DNA of 64,000 nucleotides from Vicinamibacterales bacterium (GTDB lineage Bacteria; Acidobacteriota; Vicinamibacteria; Vicinamibacterales; UBA8438): NCBI GenBank assembly GCA_965263195.1, contig OZ253664.1, positions 3,893,045 to 3,957,044 of the forward strand, read 5' to 3'. Shown piece by piece: positions 58,201 to 64,000 of this stretch (position 1 is its first letter; each line of letters starts with the position of its first letter). The notes under the pieces were generated by a model. It saw only the letters and a program-made list of their open reading frames with translations, ran no database searches and was not told where the DNA came from. The position numbers and the translations under genes were made by a program.

Positions 58201-58863
58201 GATGCGCAGCCAGCCGGGGATGAACAGGATGCCGGTCTCCGCGGTCACCTCGAAGCCGGCGCGCTCGAGCATCCGGCGGAACGTGCGGCGGGTGTACGAC
58301 TTCTCGAAGCCGTAGCCGTACAGGCCGAGGCGGTACATGATCGCCACCATCAACGGCCGCAGGAACGGGTCGCAGCGGTTGGGGACGCCGATGACGGCGC
58401 GGCCGCCGGGTCGCAGCACGCGGAAGATCTCCTCCAAGGCCTGCTGGGTCTCGTCGAAGTGCTCGACGGTGCCCATCGAGTAGATGGCATCGAAGCTGCC
58501 GGTGCGGAACGGCAGGGAGCGGACGTCGGACTGCGCGCCGTGGAGCCGCAAGCCCAGCTCGGCGAACTGGCGGCGCGCGCTGGCAACGATGGCCGGCGAG
58601 ATGTCGATGCCGAACGCCTGCGCCCCGTTGGCCGCGGCCCAGCGCAGGATGCGCGTGTTCCGCGACTCGTCCCACAGGTCGGTCTTGAAGATGCGCAGAC
58701 CGTCCAGCGGCGCGAGGAACATGCGCAGCAGCCGCTGCTCATCCTCCTGGTACTGAATGGTGGAGCGGGCGCCCCGCAGGTCGGGAAAGTTCTCGCCCAC
58801 ATCGGCCCAGAAGCCGCGGTAGGCCTCCTCCTCGGTGGAAGGGGGCGGCGTATCAGGATTCAT
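58048..58863 (-). CDS. class I SAM-dependent methyltransferase
   Basis: 271 aa, ...AFGIDISPAIVASARRQF...IFRVLRPGGRAVIGVPN.... Confidence 0.82.
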   Translation of the reverse strand: MNPDTPPPSTEEEAYRGFWADVGENFPDLRGARSTIQYQEDEQRLLRMFLAPLDGLRIFKTDLWDESRNTRILRWAAANGAQAFGIDISPAIVASARRQFAELGLRLHGAQSDVRSLPFRTGSFDAIYSMGTVEHFDETQQALEEIFRVLRPGGRAVIGVPNRCDPFLRPLMVAIMYRLGLYGYGFEKSYTRRTFRRMLERAGFEVTAETGILFIPGWLRIVDLAANAWAPRFVSRLTGLACAPFDHLSRRFALLRRHGYLLATVVVKPER

Positions 58864-59337
58864 TCGGAAAGCTTGCCGGGAAACGTGGCGGGGCTCCTGC
58901 TATGGGCCGCTAGGCAACGCCAACGATGCGAATCGTCATCCATTCAGTCGATATGCGGGTCTCTGCGGATCATGTTCTGATGCACTTGATTGTACACTTG
59001 ATCATCCCGCGTCCGCTGCCGGCACGCATCCCGTCAAAACAGCTCGGTCCGGGCGCTCTCCTCCTCGCCGTCGTCAATCTCCGCGGCGTCAGCCCCGGCG
59101 ATCTGGTCCGCCAGCACCTGTCCATAGGTCGGGAAGCAGGAGCGTGCAACTTGCGCCTCACGATCCCAGAGCCGGGCTCGAATAAGGGCCTTGGCGCAGT
59201 GGAGGAACGCTTCTTCCACCGTCACCTTCAGGACGGACACGGGCAGCCTGCCCTTAATGGCCAGAGGCTTCAGTAGCTCCGGGTCGGTGGAGTGAGGCGC
59301 CCCCAGTTTTCTTGGACACGGATTAAGGGAGAATCCG

Positions 59338-59775
59338 ATGTCAAAGGAGGTGGGAGGCATGGTTCAGTCGAGGAGGGTGCAGGGAGCGGGGTCGGCGCGG
59401 ACGGAGGGAGCCCGGAGGGCGAGCGGAGTCGGCGCCGACGGCGCGGCGGTTGGGTCGGGGGCCTTGGCGCCCGGCCAGCGGTGGAGCGCGAGCCGGAAAC
59501 GGGACGTGGTGTTGCGGCTGCTGCGCGGCGAGTCGCTGGAGATGGTCTCGCGTGAAGTCGGGGTAGAGCTCTATCGCCTGGAGGCGTGGCAGGCGCGGGC
59601 GCTGGCCGGTCTCGAGCTCGGTCTGAAGGCGCAGGCCGGTGAGCCGCTGGCCGCCGAGCTGGATGCCGCCAAGCGCCACATTGGCGAGCTGTCGATGGAG
59701 ATTGAGCTGTTGCGGGAGCGTGCCCGCGCAGCGGAGTGTCGCCTCCCTTTAGCGACGCGGAGGTCGCGACGATGA
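59338..59775 (+). CDS. IS orfA (copy 2)
   Basis: Same as 35571-36008, with one amino-acid difference (A/S). Confidence 0.85.
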   Translation: MSKEVGGMVQSRRVQGAGSARTEGARRASGVGADGAAVGSGALAPGQRWSASRKRDVVLRLLRGESLEMVSREVGVELYRLEAWQARALAGLELGLKAQAGEPLAAELDAAKRHIGELSMEIELLRERARAAECRLPLATRRSRR

Positions 59776-60671
59776 GCCGAGCGACCTCCGCGACGACGGG
59801 GCGGCGCTATGGTCTCAAGCGGGTGTGTCGAACGTGGGATAGGTCGCGCTCGGCGCTCTACGCGCGGCGGGCTTGTTTGCGGCGCCCAGAGCGGGGTGAT
59901 GGCCCGGCGCGCCGCGGGCCGACGCCCGCACTGTCGGATGCGCAGCTGCTGGCGGCCATTCGCACTGACCTGGCCCGCTCACCGTTCCAGGGCGAGGGCC
60001 ATCGCAAGGTCCACGCGCGGCTGCGGATCCTCGACCGGATCCGAGTCTCCCGGACGCGGGTGTTGCGCGTGATGCGCACGCAGGGGCTGCTCTCGCCGCA
60101 CCGCGGGCGGCAGGGTGAGATGAAAGCGCACGAGGGGACGATTGTCACCTCGGCGCCCGACGTCATGTGGGGTACCGACGGCGTGCGGGTGTTCACGGCG
60201 GAGGACGGCTGGGTCTGGACCTTCGCGGCGGTGGACCACTGGAACGCCGAGTGCGTGGGCTGGCATGTGTGCAAGGTGGGGAACCGTTTTGCCGCCCTCG
60301 AGCCGATCGCGCAAGGGCTCGGGCGACACTACGGCTCGGTCGAGGCGGACGTGGCCCGCGGGCTGGCGCTACGGATGGATCACGGCAGCCAGTATCTCTC
60401 GGACCACTTTCTCAACCAGCTCCGCTACTGGGGCATCCACCCCAGCTTCGGCTTCGTTGAAGAGCCGGAAACCAACGGCGTCGTCGAGCGCTGGAATCGC
60501 ACGCTCAAGGAGCAAGCCATCTACGGCCGGGTCTTTCGAAACCTCGCCGAGGTGCGCGCCGCCGTCGCCGAGTTCGTCGAACGCTACAACCAGTGCTGGC
60601 GCCTCGAGAAGCTGGCGTATCGCACGCCGCTCGAAGCGCGCGAGGAATACGAGCTACGCCATGCCGCGTAG
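59736..60671 (+). CDS. IS orfB (copy 2), -1 frameshift signal at 59745-59792
   Basis: Same as 35969-36904. Confidence 0.88.
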   Translation: MSPPFSDAEVATMSRATSATTGRRYGLKRVCRTWDRSRSALYARRACLRRPERGDGPARRGPTPALSDAQLLAAIRTDLARSPFQGEGHRKVHARLRILDRIRVSRTRVLRVMRTQGLLSPHRGRQGEMKAHEGTIVTSAPDVMWGTDGVRVFTAEDGWVWTFAAVDHWNAECVGWHVCKVGNRFAALEPIAQGLGRHYGSVEADVARGLALRMDHGSQYLSDHFLNQLRYWGIHPSFGFVEEPETNGVVERWNRTLKEQAIYGRVFRNLAEVRAAVAEFVERYNQCWRLEKLAYRTPLEAREEYELRHAA

Positions 60672-61236
60672 CGCAAACGTGTGTCCAAGAAACCGGGTGC
60701 GGTACACCGGGTCGGTGGAGATCTCCGCCAGTCCGTTGATCCGCAGCGTTACGGTCAAGCCCGGCACGAGGAACACCAGGCCCACGTAGGGACGTTCCAC
60801 CAGGTTCATCAACGTGTCCACCTGACGGTTTCCCGGCCGGTCGGGCAGCAGCAGCGTCTTGTCGTCCGGCATGTACGCCAAAGACCCCGGTGGATCGCCC
60901 CGCGGCGAGGCGTCGGCCCGGGCGGCGGGAGGACGATAGACCGCACGAAGCTTCGCCATGGTGTTGATGGCCATTCCAACCTCCCTCTGGCTGCCGGACC
61001 AGACATATCACCATGGTACGCTCGCCGGAACCTCGAGCTTCGTCTTCATCGCCTGCAGCATATCCAGGAGCGCCGAGCGGGACTCCCGATTGATGATCGG
61101 CGCGACCATCCAGCGCAAGAGGAACGGTATGGACCGGCTCAACCCGCCGCTCGATCTATTCCTGGCACGATTTTTGCCTATCCTGTTGTTCGGCGTTGTC
61201 GAGGAAAACCCGCCGATCTATACTGGGGAGGCTGCT

Positions 61237-61557
61237 GTGGCTGCGAAGACCGAAGAGGAACGAGCAACCGAGGTCGAGTACAAAGTGGCAGAAAACGCAC
61301 GCTCGATTAATGGATTGCGTGAAGCAATCGTCGAAGGCTTCAAGGCGATGGATCGCCGGTTCGAAGCGATGGAACGCCGGTTCGAAGCGATGGAACGCCG
61401 GTTCGAGGCCATGGAGCAGCGTTTCGACCGGCGCTTGGAGGTCGTGGACGAGAACATGTCCCGACAGTTCCGCTGGATTGTCGGCATACAGATAACCACC
61501 CTGCTCGCAATGATCGGCGCCATCGGCGCCATTGCCGCCGCCGCACTGGGGCGCTGA
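61237..61557 (+). CDS. tail-anchored coiled-coil protein with RRFEAME heptad repeats (XhlA-like architecture)
   Basis: GTG 61237 follows SD GGGGAGG. It encodes ...FKAMDRRFEAMERRFEAMERRFEAMEQRFDRRLE..., then the C-terminal TM IVGIQITTLLAMIGAIGAIAAAAL. The track ORF from 60958 is an upstream extension. Confidence 0.6.
   Translation: MAAKTEEERATEVEYKVAENARSINGLREAIVEGFKAMDRRFEAMERRFEAMERRFEAMEQRFDRRLEVVDENMSRQFRWIVGIQITTLLAMIGAIGAIAAAALGR
61348..61431 (+). repeat. 4 x 21-bp tandem repeat (ATGGAnCGCCGGTTCGAAGCG)
   Basis: Units at 61348, 61369, 61390 and 61411, progressively diverged. Each encodes one M(D/E)RRFEA heptad. Confidence 0.9.
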
Positions 61558-61784
61558 CCACCGCGCTCCCTCATTCCCCTTCGCGTTTACCGTACCCACG
61601 CCGTCCACCAGGACGATGGAAGCGCGCAGCCGCCCGGGCGCCGACGATAGAGCCGCGCGCCGCCGGCCATCAGGAACAGGGCCGCGAGCAACTGGCCGAC
61701 CAGCGGGAGCGGCCGTACAGACAAGAACGGCGAACGGGCACCGTCAGGACTGGGAGATCCTTGGCAGTAAACTGTTACGTCTAC

Positions 61785-62159
61785 ATGACCAGCTTCAGGA
61801 TTTCGGTATTGGTTCTGGCCGTGATTCACGCGACCTTCGCAGGACTCACGGCCATGGTTGGAGCATTCGCCGACGGTGGAGATGTCTGGCAACGGCTGCT
61901 GATGAGCCTCCTTCACCCTCTTGGCGCCGCGGGAGTGCTTCTGCTCGTGTTGCTGCCCCGCCTCGCCACGAAGAAGATCCTCGCCATAGCGGCGCTCCTG
62001 ACGGCGAACGTAATCGCCGACCTGCGCGTTGCGCAGTTGATTGCCACGGGCGTAGTGCGGGGAGATTGGGAGCTTGCGGTGGCGTTTTCGGTGGTTCCGG
62101 CCATTGGGATTATCTACGCGCTGGCGCTGCTCCGAACGGCCCGCGCAGCGGCCGGGTAG
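61785..62159 (+). CDS. hypothetical four-helix membrane protein
   Basis: MTSFRISVLVLAVIHATFAGLTAMVGAF...; four hydrophobic segments. Confidence 0.55.
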   Translation: MTSFRISVLVLAVIHATFAGLTAMVGAFADGGDVWQRLLMSLLHPLGAAGVLLLVLLPRLATKKILAIAALLTANVIADLRVAQLIATGVVRGDWELAVAFSVVPAIGIIYALALLRTARAAAG

Positions 62160-62421
62160 GGCACAACTCCCCCCTAAGTGCTCGAGACACAGAGTCGCTC
62201 CCGTCCGAAATCATCCATGCTGGAAGGCTCAGACGCCCGCCAACGGGCGCGAGCGGACGCGCCGACGAGCGGCGCGATGACGTGGCGCGCCGGCAGGACG
62301 CTCGCCGCGACGTTGCGCGAGTGGTGGAGCTGATGCACCGCCATGCCCAGCAGCGCGCGCGGGAGCGGGACTCTGGCCCGAGCCGCTAAGGCCCTCGTTT
62401 GGACGGTATAATCGGACTGTT

Positions 62422-62622
62422 ATGAGTATCCAGATCGCGTACCGCGATGGCGTGTTCAAGCCGCTTGAGGAGGTCGCGGGCACAGAGCCCGGTGCGATCT
62501 ACACCGCTTTCTCGAAAGAAGAACTACGCGACTTCATCGAGACAGTCGGCTGGCTCAAGGCAGCGGAAAAGAGCTTCGAATTCTGGGACAACCCGGCGGA
62601 TGCCGTCTACGACACGCTATAG
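62422..62622 (+). CDS. DUF104-type (AF2212-like) antitoxin
   Basis: MSIQIAYRDGVFKPLEEVAGTEPGAIYTAF.... Confidence 0.7.
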   Translation: MSIQIAYRDGVFKPLEEVAGTEPGAIYTAFSKEELRDFIETVGWLKAAEKSFEFWDNPADAVYDTL

Positions 62623-62804
62623 ACGCGGCGACATCGTCCTCGTCCCATTCCCCTTCACCGACTGACCTCAGTTCCACCAAGAAGCGTCCCGCGCTCGTCG
62701 TTTCACCAGACAGATTCAACGCGCGCGTGCAAGACGTGGTGCTCGTCGCCATCACCTCGCAGCCGGCGGACAGTCACGTAGTCGCACGGGGTTCAGCTGC
62801 ATAG
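62600..62804 (+). pseudogene. MazF/PemK-type toxin, frameshifted and 3'-truncated
   Basis: MPSTTRYRRGDIVLVPFPFTD then TGA. A shifted frame continues LSSTKKRPALVVSPDRFNARVQDVVLVAITSQPADSH.... An apparent 4-nt insertion lies at 62653-62660, and the C-terminal half is absent. Confidence 0.75.
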
Positions 62805-63281
62805 GTGGGCTGAGGAGTACCGGGACTCCAGCCGGCCCTGGCCGCCTGCCTATGACCACAAAAAGGTGACCGATGGTATGCACAAGGAGGAGGCTTGGTT
62901 TCTGCGCCAACACGAGACGGCGCTCCAGCAGTTCAAGGGCTACTTGAACCTCGTCGAGCGTCGGGGGAAGTGATCGGTTTCGGGTCACTACCCGGCGGCC
63001 TAGCGAGCCCCGTGCCGGCCGGAGTGGCGAGGGCTGGGTCGAGCGCGTAGCGCTCCTAGTTCACGGGCGGAGCGGATCGGGCGCGGAAAATATCGAACAT
63101 CTCCGGCGCTACCGTCTACTGCCATACCTGTGGTCGAGGCTGGGTCGGAGCCAATCCAGACCACTACCCGCGTTCGTTGCCTACTTGACGACATACCTAC
63201 GCCTCCGCTAGGGTTATGGCACGTACGACTCCCCGGCCTCGGCCGGTTGGGCGGCCTACATGGCCGCCTTTTTTTTACCTA

Positions 63282-63926
63282 ATGTGCCCGCCGACGCCAC
63301 GAACGATTGTGTACGTAGATGGGTTCAACCTGTACTACGGCGTCCTCAAGGACACGCCCTACAAGTGGCTAGACCTTGAGCGCCTCTTCAGGTTCTTGCG
63401 CCCACACGACGACATCCAGGCGATCAAGTACTTCACCGCGATAGTCGCACCCGGTCCCAGTCGCGAGCGCCAGGATGCGCTGCTTCGCGCCTTCGCGATG
63501 CTGCCTCTGGTTGAGATAATTCCCGGACGTTTCAAGCGGAAGCGAGTCACCTGTGCCTGCCCTGGTTGCGTCGACCGCACTCGCGGTACGGGCGTCTTCA
63601 CCGTTCCCGAGGAAAAGCGCACGGACGTGAACATCGCCATTCACATGCTCGACGATGCGTATCGGCAACGCTGTGAGCGGCAGGTGCTTGTGAGTGGCGA
63701 CTCCGATCTGGTCCCGCCGATTCAGATGGTTCGGGAGCGGTTCCCTCGTATCAGGACGACCGTCTATGTACCAGCGCGGACTCGGGTGCGAGGTGCCGCC
63801 AGAGAACTCAGAGGGGTAGCACATCGGCACAGGACGTTTCCGTTGGAGCTTCTACCGCTGGCGCAGTTGCCGCTTCACCTTCCGGATGGTCGTGGCGGGA
63901 CCATCCAGAAACCGGCGGCGTGGTGA
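63282..63926 (+). CDS. NYN (PIN-like, LabA/DUF88-type) domain protein
   Basis: ...TIVYVDGFNLYYGVLKDTPYKWLDLERLF...EEKRTDVNIAIHMLDDAYRQRCERQVLVSGDSDLVPPIQMV.... ATG 63282 is preferred over 63216. Confidence 0.75.
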   Translation: MCPPTPRTIVYVDGFNLYYGVLKDTPYKWLDLERLFRFLRPHDDIQAIKYFTAIVAPGPSRERQDALLRAFAMLPLVEIIPGRFKRKRVTCACPGCVDRTRGTGVFTVPEEKRTDVNIAIHMLDDAYRQRCERQVLVSGDSDLVPPIQMVRERFPRIRTTVYVPARTRVRGAARELRGVAHRHRTFPLELLPLAQLPLHLPDGRGGTIQKPAAW

Positions 63927-64000
63927 TGAACTGCGTGCGTTGCCCGCCAGCTTCCAGGATTTGTCGCCAGCGGAACGGGATCACCTGCCCGCGCTAGCCG

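Larger units (their letters stand above)
59293..60706 (+). mobile_element. IS3/IS481-superfamily insertion sequence, copy 2
   Basis: Offset 23767 from copy 1, with only a few substitutions. Flanked by direct repeat CCGGGTCGGTGGAG (59279-59292 and 60707-60720). Confidence 0.9.
59034..60974 (-). pseudogene. PNPOx-like (pyridoxamine 5'-phosphate oxidase family) FMN-binding protein gene split by IS insertion
   Basis: N-part (60974-60707): ...PDRPGNRQVDTLMNLVERPYVGLVFLVPGLTVTLRINGLAEISTDP. C-part (59292-59034): STDPELLKPLAIKGRLPVSVLKVTVEEAFLHCAKALIRARLWD.... The STDP codons are duplicated as the target-site duplication. Confidence 0.85.

Noticed and set aside
62752-62988. 78-aa minus ORF, and a plus-strand fragment (62782-62973, ...WAEEYRDSSRPWPPAYDHKKVTDGMHKEEAWFLRQHETALQQFKGYLNLVERRGK*)
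   Set aside because: The plus-strand fragment looks more protein-like, possibly a gene C-terminus. It has no start codon, and I cannot name a family. Neither is secure enough to annotate.

Overview
Very GC-rich bacterial chromosome segment in two parts. 1-24.3 kb is mostly core: tRNA-Val, thrS-infC-rpmI-rplT-pheS-pheT, zapB-like/zapA, a 410-nt gap, rny, thiL, two ABC exporter half-transporters, an SLT/LysM murein enzyme, a PQQ alcohol dehydrogenase and an NHL propeller. Two small accessory insertions sit in it: an ABC-type ATPase plus small partner at 17.3-19.0 kb, and a HEPN/nucleotidyltransferase pair at 21.0-21.8 kb. ssrA (tmRNA, 24343-24694) marks the switch to a heavily decayed accessory region running to the window end. 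A perfect 27-nt copy of the ssrA 3' end at 39752-39778 and a degenerate one at 46352-46365 suggest two tandem islands, with only fragments of a tyrosine and a serine recombinase left. This region holds six IS types, with paired copies of three (two IS5/IS1182-like, two IS3/IS481-like with a clear -1 frameshift signal and 12-14-bp target duplications, two defective IS6) plus single IS630 and IS481 remnants. It also holds eight toxin-antitoxin loci (several with a dead toxin and an intact antitoxin), a Fic gene, a type ISP restriction-modification fragment, and many pseudogenes with in-frame stops or frameshifts. The best candidate for something undescribed is a more AT-rich, translationally coupled three-gene operon of unrecognised proteins (56.1-58.0 kb). 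It is inserted at the 3' end of a SAM-methyltransferase gene and bracketed by a 153-bp direct duplication of that gene end. No CRISPR array, rRNA, reverse transcriptase or cyclase gene was seen. All family calls come from reading the translations by eye, with no searches run.
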